From Ylistrum balloti (lineage: Eukaryota), in NCBI RefSeq assembly GCF_031769215.1, contig NW_026781987.1:62001-126000 (forward strand): a stretch of DNA of 64,000 nt, written 5' to 3'. Position numbers and translations under genes: made by a program. The notes beneath the pieces are model-generated. The model saw nothing but the letters and a program-made list of their open reading frames with translations, was not told where the DNA came from and ran no database searches. Below are positions 1-12,300 of this stretch, in pieces. Every line of letters begins with the position of its first letter. Within the stretch, counting starts at the first letter, position 1.

Positions 1-3000
1 GTGTTGACGTTATCTTGGACGAACTGGCCATAGCGACATGCTCGATCATATGTCAACTCGTCCCGAAAGTGATGTGAGACGGTGCGTTGCAATATCGAGT
101 GTAGTTTTGACCCGGTCATACCTAAGAATAGACGTGTTTTCCACGCTCTCTGTGTGAAGCTATATCATACAGACCTGTTCTGTACTATATATTTACGCAT
201 CTTTCTCCTTATATTTATATACATTTACAACAACTGTAAGCATGAATGCCTTGAAGAAAATTTCCATTATTGTAATACTCTGCTTGGTAGAAGTTAGTAG
301 TCAGTAGTTTGTTATACTTCAATCATAACAACAGGGAAGTGTCAGCACTAATATAAATCATATACAGATTATTTTCAAATCAAAAGCATCCAGCAGTGGT
401 GCAAACATCAAGAGTATTGTTGTGATGCACTAATATCACTATTTAATAATGAAATTATATAACTCAGGCATATATATATATATAATGATACTCTGATTCA
501 GCATAGATAAGATGAATTCATTAAATAAAATCAAACTTTACCATAATTTAATACAGTGATTCATTGTGTTTGGCAGAGAGTCCACTACATTATCTAAACG
601 TTCAGATATTATCAGATTAAATTCAGCATTGTGATAAAATTCATTGAAGTAATTGCAGTGCTACAAGTAACAATGGCAGTTCTGAAACAATTACAGTTCA
701 TGTTAACAATGTATATAGGTCAAACTCAGCTTCCACAGCATGCACTCAGTACAAGGATAAATGTCTAATCCACACTTGTATTTATCGAGATAAGGATAAA
801 ACAATACTTCCCATTTATAATCTGCTAGAAAATGTTTAAACAAAGCCACTGATTGTAAAATGTAGGTCAAGCTTGGCATCCAAACATGCATCTGATAGAT
901 AAATACTACCATCAACTTTGTTAAAAAGGACAATCATTTTTTTCCCTTTAAAATAATGCTGACTTTAAAAACCCTAAAATATGAAGAGAAACTATATTTC
1001 CAAATTCCCATGAGAATCAACATTGTAGCTATAGTGGACATACAAGCTATAAAAAGAGCCAAAAATTATTGAACATGTATAGATTGTACAAGTATATACG
1101 CATGTTTATTTACAACTTGTCAGTCATCCATCTGTACAAATTATTAAAGGTCACTGGCAAAGAAAATAGATAAAATTTTACCCATCTAAGGAAACCTATA
1201 CAAAAAATTTTCAAAAAAGTTTATAAATCATAGGTACCAAGATTGTGTTCCTTTTAGACATCTGTGAGATTTTTTTTTTCGTGTTAGAAACAATTTAGTA
1301 TACATTTAATATTCATTTTGACATTAAAACCTATCTTGTGACCTCTCAGACAACTTTTTTTTTCCTGTGTTATTTCTCTATGTTGTTTATTCAGTTTCAA
1401 AGGGGAAGTTCACAACATGGGAATATGACATGAGCACACACTAGCAGCCAAACATCTGTATATGATGACATCACTAGCGCTGGGATTTTAAACTAAAGGA
1501 TCCCGTTTTAGGCAAAATTATACATAAATCATTAGTAAACTCATATATTGTCATGACAGTTCTTGAATATACGGAATGTGACTATTGTATTACAGGAGTT
1601 GACATAAGAATATAATTTTACCATGAGAATGATCACAAACAACATAACAGTTCTGTAATAAATTTATCTACAGAAAAGGATAATGCAGTAATAGGTTTTG
1701 TAATGTCAAAGTGGTATCGTGAATCTCTACTAACTGTCACAGATAATTGTTCATCAGTACTGAAGAACATAGGGCTACATACAGTTTCACTTCATATATT
1801 ACATATAATTCTATGTTTGTGTTTGTTTAGGCATCAAGTCACAATTATTGTAAGCTGTGCTAATAAAGTTGAATCTAACTGAAATATATGTCCAATTGAG
1901 TACAAAAACAGCATCTATCATATACATGTAGAAACACATTATTAGATTATCATCACTATCATCATCATCATCATCATCATGAGAATGTGCATACATGTAT
2001 TCAATCTCCAACATGTATACATATACATATAAACATAACAGTTACACCATCATCAACCTGTCAAACAATAAACATACAAATATGTATATATCGCAGAGGG
2101 GTCTAATTATCTCTTTATAAACATGATTGAAATTATCAATGTTATTCTAGTACAAGAATATGTACATCTATAGTACTGTGTAGTCCAAGTTTTTATGTCT
2201 TAATCTGCTTAGCAGACAGCAAAGTAGGGCATTTCTTCTGGGTTTTTTTCAACTACATATCAAATAATGCAAAATAGGGCATTTCTTCAGGATTTTTTCA
2301 CTACATTTCAAATGATGTATTTTTTGAAGTGTGCATAAAATAATGCAAACAACTAGTAAACATTTTAAAATACAATTTTACAGTTTGCCATTGCTGTGAA
2401 ATTTTGAATGCATAGAGAGGAAGAATAAAAACAAGAGATCCCTGAGGGATTTGATGATCTGATTTGATGCTGGTGGGCTAATTGATAAAAAAAAAATTTC
2501 AACATATCCACATGCTTATAATCCTAACTCAAATTCAATAAAACTAGGGCAAAAGATAAACAAAGAAACGTTTACACAGAGACTCTTGAAAAAGTATAAG
2601 AAGAATTAAACCAGGTGTTCCAGAAAAGTAATGTCTTCTGCTTCAACGATGATCCCTGCCATGTAAACCTTGGTCAATCCAAATAAGTAATGTCATGATC
2701 TCAAATGAGAAAAGGTATAAAACAACAGAAACAACAGGCCAACTAACAAGAATTAACACCTCCAGTTTAATATTGCACAAAAAAAACCAGAATATTTTTC
2801 AATGAGATCACTGCGACGACCGTAAAATTTCCCCACAATTTTTCATCAACCTGCATTTTTTGAAAAGATAAGCTGATCTCAAGTTGAATTACTAGTGACA
2901 GGACTTGAGTCTTTATTCAATACTTTGAGAATGATCTCCATGGCTTTGCATTAGCGAAAAAGTGATACAAAATATAAAATTGGCAAAAATAACAAAACAG

Positions 3001-3444
3001 AAAAGATATTTGAATTTAATCATAACTTTTCCAATAGGTTTATTTCTCTTCAATGTAGCTAATATATTTTGTGAAAATAAAAACACAACCATCTGAACCT
3101 AGGGCTGACTTTAAATAAACTGTAAATATGATGGTACCATCAAGATTCTTAAACTACCATGATTTTGGATTTTAACTCTGGGATAGGGGTAAAAATGGCT
3201 TTGCCATTGCGAATGGGGCCAGAATTTGGCTCAAAAAAGTTCTGATATGTGAAAGGTTTATTATATAAAGTTAAGTGATCAATCTTAACAGGCGACCCTG
3301 AATGCATCATAAATACATTCCCTCCTCTTCCATTCCAAAATTGGTCAGAGGGAAATCTGGTAACTTCTTTTTAATAGCTCAAATTGGGACTCTTTCGATT
3401 CTCAACATTGTTAGCTTCAAAGATAATATGAAAAATAAACTTAC

Positions 3445-4333
3445 CAGATTTTCCAAGGTCTTCGTTCATATTCTGGCTCACAGTATCTTTTTACTGAAAG
3501 TATATGTGCAACAAAAGAATTACATTTTGTACAAAATAACTATTTCTCGTGTTGGTAAATGTAAATATAGGGAAAGAACAGATACAGAATCATACAGTAT
3601 AATACACTTATAGTAAAACAAAAGATATGTTCATTGTCATCAATGTTTAGACAGTTTAGCCTTAATGCTTATTAGTTGAATTACGAGAAACAAGTACCGA
3701 TACCTAAGTTTTCCCATCAGTCATGTGCACAACATTTAAATTAAATCTTACATAAATCTAATATATTCAAAAACTAAAGCTATTTTTTTCTCTTTAACAA
3801 ATTTCAGTACAGTATATATACCAATTTTATGTTAAAACCCGAAATTGACTAGACTAGGCCCCTAACTATTTTGTGATTTCATTTTAGAAATCTTAAATAC
3901 AATGAAATTGCTTAATGTCAGTTTCAGACATTCATAAAAAATATCTATTGATATAAACTTAATCCAGTCATGCCACTCCCCTTTCTGAAAAAAAATTGTG
4001 CAGCTTATATATCACCGACTAATGCAACTTTGAAAATCAATCAAACACAGCTTGACTTTTTACAATATACAAAAAAAGTTTGAAAAATCCTACTTACACA
4101 TGTGTGACTTATCTTACAGTTATTTATAATATGTCAACATAGCCGACTGCGAGTGTTATTAGCTGTACTGTACCTATCAATGAAGTGAAGGCCAAGAAGG
4201 CTAAGACAGCTTGTACCAACAGTCCGAGCGGTCCCATCAGATCTCCTGTGTTACAGTGATCGTCCATATTAAGGCGATTCTCGTTCACGAGATCACTGTG
4301 GTTAAGATTAGAATTCGTTGCTACGACTGACAT
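3445..4333 (-). CDS. STIMATE: STIM-activating enhancer (TMEM110), 5' coding exons only; gene continues beyond window start
   Basis: Exon 4333-4174 (ATG; ends ATA G|GTACAG) and exon 3493-3445 (ctttcag|...TG|GTAAGT) join in phase to give MSVV...CNTGDLMGPLGLLVQAVLAFLAFTSLIVKRYCEPEYERRPWKIW. This matches the remembered TMEM110 N-terminus ([44 protein letters not shown]). No exon 3 was recognised between 1 and 3444. Confidence 0.88.
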
Positions 4334-4439
4334 CTTGAGTCCATACACTCCGACTCAAACACACGAGCTGTCAAACAAAATGTGTCATCGAACTGAAAGC
4401 AGACGAGTTTGTAAGTACGCCGAGGTGCTAGTCTAATCA

Positions 4440-4970
4440 TCAACATCTCATATCGTCAATCATCATGGTAACGCGCCATCTTACTTACTATAACTATGAC
4501 CATAAATGTGGTAATTTGTTTATCGATTGATCAGTTATCATCTCTTCAAACACGACACTACCTCATCTTTCACAAAACAGGAAGCGGTAACATGCGCCAG
4601 AACCTCGCATGCGCAAATCATTCAGAGATTTTTTTTGAGCCATCCTTGATACTATGAAAAGGTCCGAGTTCATCCAAATGTAAAAATTATAACCTTTTTA
4701 TCTCCACTCAAATTTTATACAAAATGTGACATCATTGAACAAAACTTTACAATTGATAAAGAACTCGTGTTCTTTTGCTGAAAATCAGTTTTGTGTCTGT
4801 GAATTTCCACTTTATGTTGTTGGTTATATTTATATTTTCCGAATTAGGATGGAAATTGTATATATTACGCTGCGCATGCGTAGAGTACCTGCTAGTTGCC
4901 ATCTTGAATGTGGAAGTTGGAAAGGAAAACTGATCTTTTTCTGTCTCAAATATGATGATAAAACGAATGT
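4440..4970. promoter_or_regulatory. Putative bidirectional promoter between STIMATE (-) and SFMBT (+)
   Basis: Locally CpG-richer segment. YY1-type CGCCATCTT at 4474-4482 and GCCATCTT near 4897, ETS-like CAGGAAGCGG near 4578, NRF1-type GCATGCGCA near 4607 and TGCGCATGCG near 4871. A + strand donor GAAT|GTGAGT at 4969 could end a non-coding first exon of SFMBT. Motif function is inferred. Confidence 0.6.
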
Positions 4971-7900
4971 GAGTATTTTTTCTTTTAATTCTGATCTTTT
5001 GTAGTGTTTAATGCAAATGATCCTGTATTTTTTCCTTTGATTTATTGTGCTTTCGTCGCATAATAAGCATGTCATGTTTCATCCTGCTGCCTCTTTCGGG
5101 TTATACATATTCATGACCCTTTTCTGTGGTAAAACAGGGATGCTTATCGACATGTTTCATTGCAATTTTCTTTAAGAAAAACATTTTACATTGATGCATG
5201 CAACTGGACAAAGCTTTGAGCAATTATAATGCATACTTTGTAATCATTTGTCGTATTTTTAATGGTCGAAAATAGTTTTTACATTGGAAAATGCATTGCT
5301 TAGTTTGCGGTGTTCTAAGTTCTATTTTTAGCACCGTTTTTAGCAGAGCGGACATTATAATTTGTTTACAGGGAGAAGAAGAAACGGTAATTATCTTATT
5401 TAGGATAGTTCTGGTTTGCAGTTATTTCATTAGATCACTATAGTTTTTGACGATGTTTTTGTTTATGTTTTCTTGAAGTTTTTAGCTTTAAAATTCTGAA
5501 ATTCATTATTTTTTCAATAGGTAATGAACACGTTCAATGACCTTGCAAAATGTATTATTATGACATAATTTTTGATTGCCTAAGCATGTAAAGGTTTTAA
5601 TTTAGTAGTACACGACCTGATATAAATTATATATAAATGTATGAAAGCCCTAGGGTATTAAGTTACTTTTTAACCATATTGATTATTACTCAAAGCTGCA
5701 ATATAAAATATAATCTAGTCAACGAAAAACATACTATAAATTAAAACAAATTAAATGTACCAATTTTTTTTAAAAAATCAAGTCAATGATGATATATATT
5801 TTCAGTTTAAAAAATTAACCAGTAACAGTTGTTTCAAAAAGGAATACTATTGCATTAATATTTAGTGCTCTAAAAACATTTTGCATTCAATTTAAATCAA
5901 TATTACTTTTAACATCTACTTTAGTGTCTGTAGAAACATTATCAAAAGTTAAAAATTTTTGAAAGATGTTTCAAAATATGCAAAATAAGGTAATCTTTCT
6001 AAGCTTAAAGATATATTTCATTTTTTCAAAATTAAAACCAAGTTTAAAATTTACCCTCCAACTTTTCTAGCAACAAGGTTTGTTATTTTTTTTTTAATTT
6101 TTGTTAACAAGCAGTTATATGAAATTTCAAGATTTTGTCTGTACTTTGAATTTCAACTTTCACCATATGCTGCCTAGAACATTTTTTAACATTGACTAAC
6201 ATTTGTGTTGATTGCATCTGAACAGTTGGTTTTTTGTTGTTTTTTTTCACAGAAATTATGATATATACATAATTTCTGTTTTCAGTGTTTACTACAAATA
6301 AAACAAAACTCCTATATTCCATCAGCAATAGTTTACAGCTATACTAAGTTGAAATATGAACATACATTACCTTATCAATATACGATGTCAATCATTCACT
6401 GAAACAATTGATTGTTAATGGATTAAATTATATCAGTTGTATGTATAGTATTAGTTGTATTCTGATCTTCTGTGAGCTAACACTGTCATTTGTTGTGGAC
6501 AATAAAGAACTAAAATAATTCAGTTACTTAAATGATCATTTCTAACTGTTGTTTTCTTGATGTGAAGATAGGCCATTGGTTGTCAATCAATAGAGATTTC
6601 TCTCAGATTTTAAGTGAAAACAGATTTTTTTTTTTTTTTTCGTAAATGACATTTTCTTTTCAGTTACATGAATAAGTAATTGGATTATGTTTTTTTTAAA
6701 GTGTTTTTAAAAAATATCTTCAAAAAAAATTAACTCAAGGGTTTATTTTATATCGGTAGAAGTACATTGTGAAAAACTTTCGAACAAAATGGATCATGAT
6801 TTCTTCACAAATATTTTTTTTTTTTTAATTTTTTGCTTTTGCTAGTTCATTTGTATGTGCAATTAAAAAATGACTTTTTAGTAAAAGAAACTTTTAAGTA
6901 CAGTTTTATCTAGAATTTAAAAGTATTTGTCATTTTCATGTCATAAAAAGGAAATAAACCTTTGAATTATGACTAAAAATTTTGTATTGATTTCCACATA
7001 AGTTGTAAAGCCTTTCAAGATGTTTTATAAAGAAACCAACGGAACTGCCATTGTTGTAAATATTCCCATTTTAGTTCCATTAACAAACAGATATCTATCA
7101 AATCTTATTTCATTAGTTACTATATCAGTAAATCAGTGAAGATGGAATATTCTCTCATGCCCTTACATGAATTCTTCTACCTCTGAGGAACAAAACAACG
7201 ATACTTCTACCTAGTACTCTGTAGCTAGAGCTGATTGGTGATTTTACACATGTATAATTCCACTTGCTGATTTGTAGTTAAGCTTTTTTTTAAAGGTAAC
7301 TTGAATAATCGAAAGATTATCAGGTGTCAAGGAAATTGACACTTTCAATTTCCAATTTTCAAGAATAAAATGACAAGTGACAAAAAGAATGAACAATAGA
7401 TGTCAGTGAAATGTTTTTCCTGAAATTTAAAATCTATTTGGTATTTTTCATGTGGTGTTATATATTGAATAGAAAAAAAACCTCATATTGAATTTTATAA
7501 GTATCTTGCAATATAATTTTCTTTAGCTGGTCCTATAACTTTACCTAGTTGCATATTCAATAATTCATGGTGAATTTTTACCTGACATCAAAACTAGGTA
7601 TTGATTATATATATCTAAGATCATTGTTTAAAGTAAAACATTTTATTCCAATTTGAGCAGTTTTTTTTTAAATATTATATTTGAATGGTGAAAAAAGATT
7701 GGTGCCTACACATTGTAATGTGTAAACAGTCAAAAGGTTAAAACGTCACAAACCCATGTGTTTTCAGGTATTCACATGAAATCAATATTGTGTAGATTAA
7801 AAGTAAATAACATAAGTGATGTACAATATTTTGCAAAGATATATCTCAGTCAGGTGTCAGAAAATGTTATGAACTTAGCTTCCATTAGTAAAATACTTCC

Positions 7901-9351
7901 ATTTTCAATTAATTATGGAAGGGAAATTTAATCATTATTTTGGCTCTGGTATAAAATACATAAAAACTTAATTTATATATGTTTCAACTGAAAGATACAC
8001 CTAAAGCTTTATGCCTATGGATTCAATATAGATACATTTAATTATATATCACTTGTTTAGTGTATACAAAACAAGTTTAGACAGGATTTGTCAATTTGTT
8101 GTGCATTGGTATTATCATTGGTGAAGGGTAAATTATGTACAAATTATGCCATTGAAGTTTTTATTTCGTGGAGTTAAACTATATGACTTGTATATAATTC
8201 ATTCAATGCCCAGGTAATTGAAAAGAATACAGTGCTAGAACAAACATGTAGTAGGCAGTGCTGAAATGAGCTACTTTTTAAATTGGACATTGTAGGATAG
8301 TACTGATATAAAGTATGCAAAGACAAAAGACAAGGACAACTGGAAATTTTTACATGTATTATCAAGAATTACAAATAACAACTGTCTTTAATTTGCAAAT
8401 ATACAAAATGACTGCTACAGTCAATTATGTGTAATGTACATTCCTAATAAAACTTCAAACACCATTGCATACAGTCTGGCTAATACATAATGTATAATGA
8501 TTTTGTGACTATTACATACAATATACAAGAGTCGACCTTATTTCTATTTCATTCACATGTTTTATTTACGTGGATGTTTTCCAAATTATAGGAGTCAGAT
8601 TGTAGGTTGTATATTATTCATATTCAGTGACACATTTTCAAGGTTACATGGGTCACATGCATTCCCGTTCTTTAAACATAAAGCATCAGAACTAGGATGA
8701 TGATTGAATGTCAGAATATTCAAATACACAGCTGGTGTTGATTGAGCTGAAATAATTATTTGGCAACAACCTCTGATCAATACCTAAGTGTTTATGGATC
8801 ATTATAATTACCAACAGGTAGCATTCTTGGAAATGGTAAATTTGTTCTAACAAATATTCAAACATGACCCACTTACAATGTCACAAGACATGTAAATTTT
8901 TCTGTTAAAATCTTTTAGCAGGAGACTCAGGATAATGATATTTGGACAGTATATAATGCACTGGGATAAATTAATGAAGCTTGGTAATGTCAATGCAAGT
9001 ATTTTACACTACATTTCTAAATGAACAAGGGGCCAAGGTATGACCTATAGGGATAATAATAGATAATGGTTATATATTAAGAGTAAAGGCATGGTCTTAA
9101 TATAAACTGATGGTGTTAATTATGCTGTCTTTCTTGGCATGAATTTGAAAGATGTATCAAAGTTTGAAATTTAAACTTTCTTTTTGTATTACAGGACAAA
9201 AAACAAATGTAGCTGTTGATGTAAGCTACACCTGCTCAGGGTTTGTAGCTGACCCTGTCTGGCTTGAACAACTCCATTTGAGGTGATGTTTTTGTAACCA
9301 AGGAGGTTGGAGCTACACATCTTTTAATTGTGGAGACATACAGAGGTTATC

Positions 9352-12300
9352 ATGCAGAACCACTCTGGACAAAATGCAATGCCTACCCATCCAGGTCAAC
9401 ATGCCAATCGTCCAGTGTCTAGTCCATTGCAACTGCCTAACTCTCCACTTTTGTCACCAAATCCTGGAGTGGCAAATTTCTATCCTCAGTTGTCACCAGG
9501 AGGGACCATGAGGGGCCCAATGACTGTCCAATCACCAATTCCTGGGGGGCAGATTCCTCATTTGGTTCCAAGTGGAGCCTTCCGTCAGCCAATGGGACAA
9601 CCAATGCAGCAGATTCTTAGTCCCACAACTCCCATCTCCATGGGAATGCCACTTAGCTCCAACATCTTCCATGTATCAACTATGGCTGGCCCAACACCAG
9701 TATTTGCTGCATCTCAGCAGGGCATGACACAGTTTCAGCCAATCTTTCTCAGTGGTCAGCAAGCCGCCATCATTAATTCAGTGCCCGGTAGTCCTGGTGG
9801 TATAGGTATCTTGGGAACAACACAGAATAATGGCATTCCAACAGGACTGTTTACAGCAGGCCCTCCCCCCGGGAGCCACAATGCTGTACAAACCTTGCAG
9901 CATCAACCCATTCAATATCTAAATCCACCCATATCGCCTGCAAGTCATGGTCCCCCGTCCAGGCCAGGGTCCTTTCCAGGACCTGATACTGAAATGCCAA
10001 CTGACTTGAGTAAAAAGACTCCATCAACATCTAAATGTAATACTCCTGATATGCCACCTGTGTTGGTCCCAGTGACTAACTCTAGTTCAAACCCAAATAC
10101 TCCTGTTCCGGATAAACCTACTGTAGAAACTACTAAGAAGGAGCCAAACTCTAAAGAAAAACTGGTGGAAAACAACACCAAAACACCTGATATTACTAGC
10201 AAGACAGAAGAAAAAAAGGGAGATAAATCTAGTCCAGAAAGTAGTACCAAGTATGATAAAATTGACACAGCTGATTATACAGCAGGTGAGATTGACGTCC
10301 TTCAGACTGTCTTGCTGTCTAATATAAATAATAAATATTTATTGATAGCTTTACCAAAATGATTATTCTACTAATTTCTTCCAAATATCTACTTTATTAT
10401 TTGCTAATTACTGTATGTTTCGATGAGTTATTTGCACAATAATGAAATATAACCATGGAATTTACATGTTTTCCACTCATATATTTAAGTGGATGCATAA
10501 TGATGGATTGAACATTTATTTATTTTGCTGATAAAATGAACTTTATACAGATGGGGTTCCAGTAGAATATGCTGAACCTGAGTTTGTATGGGAGGAGTAC
10601 CTACAGGAGACTGGGGCTGCTGCTGTGCCCCCAACAGCCTTTAAACATGTATGATGATTCAAACATTTTCTTAGAGTTCCAAATTACTTTCTTGTTTATA
10701 TCGAGTAACAAGTTTTGCTGTATCCTATAGTAAACAGTACTGATGTAAAAAGACCAGTTTTCAAGTTTTTAAAGACTTTTTCAATAACTTTTTTTATATC
10801 ATATACCATTGTTTTATTGAAGATCATAATAAATATACACTGCTACGTGAGACACAATCTGATTAAATCAGTATGATAATATTAGTAATTTGTAATAATT
10901 AGTTACTGTATTTACAGGTGGAATGTAGTGTTGAAAGTGGTTTTGTGAAAGGCATGAAGCTGGAGGTTCCCAACAAATGTCATACAGACACATACTGGGT
11001 AGCCTCGGTCATCATGACGTGTGGCCCATTGTTACGGCTTCGGTATGATGGCTATGAGGAAGATACTACAGCAGACTTTTGGTGTGATCTTATGACCTCT
11101 GAAATCCATCCCATTGGTTGGTGTGCACAGAACAACCAAATACTGCAACCTCCAGAAGGTAGGTAGACATTTGTTGAAACCACTTGATCCAAAGTAAGCT
11201 GTGTGCTGTAAAAGTACTTATTTGAGCAGTAATCATCATTTTGTATTTTTCACATAAGCATATAATTCATGGGCAGCATGAACATTTGTGCAATGCTAAA
11301 ATTTCAAATTTAACATAGGTTGACCTATCTATGACATCACTCTTTTCAAAGCCCAGTCACCTGTTTCTTCTTATGTAAAACACAGTCTGTATCTGGTTTA
11401 CACTTAACATTGCTTCTTGGCATTCTGGAATGTGTTTGCTAATCACAAGATGAAACCTAGGGATAAGGGTGTGAAATTTTGAAAACAAAGTAAATCTAAT
11501 AAGATCATTATATTAAATAAGGGTAGAAAAGCATGATGGTGACTCAGCAAAGGTATAAGCACAAATATTGATGTTGTTGATCTCGTGCCACTTCTATTAC
11601 AATTATGATTATCAGCAATTATGCAGAGCACAAACACTCATAATTGAGAAAAATGGAGAGTTGTGCTCTTTTTGTTTTATTTTTAATAATATATTTATTC
11701 TATATAGAACTTGTGAAACAGATTGAAGTACTTGTAATTAAACATTGAAACAAACCAGCCTGAGATGAGTCCATGTTTGTACTTTTTGAAGCAAAAATAA
11801 TGTGTACTATTGTAAAATTGGGTAGTGTAAATGAGTGATTCCTCATTATATTACAATACTGTAAGACAGATGCATCAAAGGGGAATAACATCTCACAATA
11901 ACCAAGAGCTGAACATAGGTAATGGAAAAGTTCGAGGCCTTCCCGGTGTAGCTAGCCGGAATCCTCAGAACTGTACTTTAAATACAATGTCATTTCACAA
12001 CACTACCTTCAGTATAATCGATCATAATTTCAAAACAAGTTTGGTGAGGCATGCTTTTTGTTTGTTTATTTTAATGTATAATGTCAAAGTCTTGAGAGAA
12101 AGTGAAAAAATGGATGATTGTCCCATGAAATCTGAAAAATCAAGGAAAAAACATAGGTTTTGAGAACAGTTTTGTCAGTAAAAAAACCAGATTTGATAGC
12201 AACATGAATAATCATTTTTCAATTACCAAAAAGGTTTGCATTATACAGTAAAACATGGATAATTCAAAGTTTAAAAGACCAAATGAAATACTTTAATTAT

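Noticed and set aside
703-933. 76-aa minus-strand ORF as STIMATE exon 3
   Set aside because: No frame gives the expected (F/L)xDTSKQ continuation or other TMEM110 motifs, and no phase-compatible acceptor was found.
9945-10268. 107-aa hydrophobic minus-strand ORF (and similar ORFs at 14507-14698, 16812-17081, 18643-18882, 35894-36133, 50199-50402)
   Set aside because: Antisense or off-frame shadows of real coding exons.
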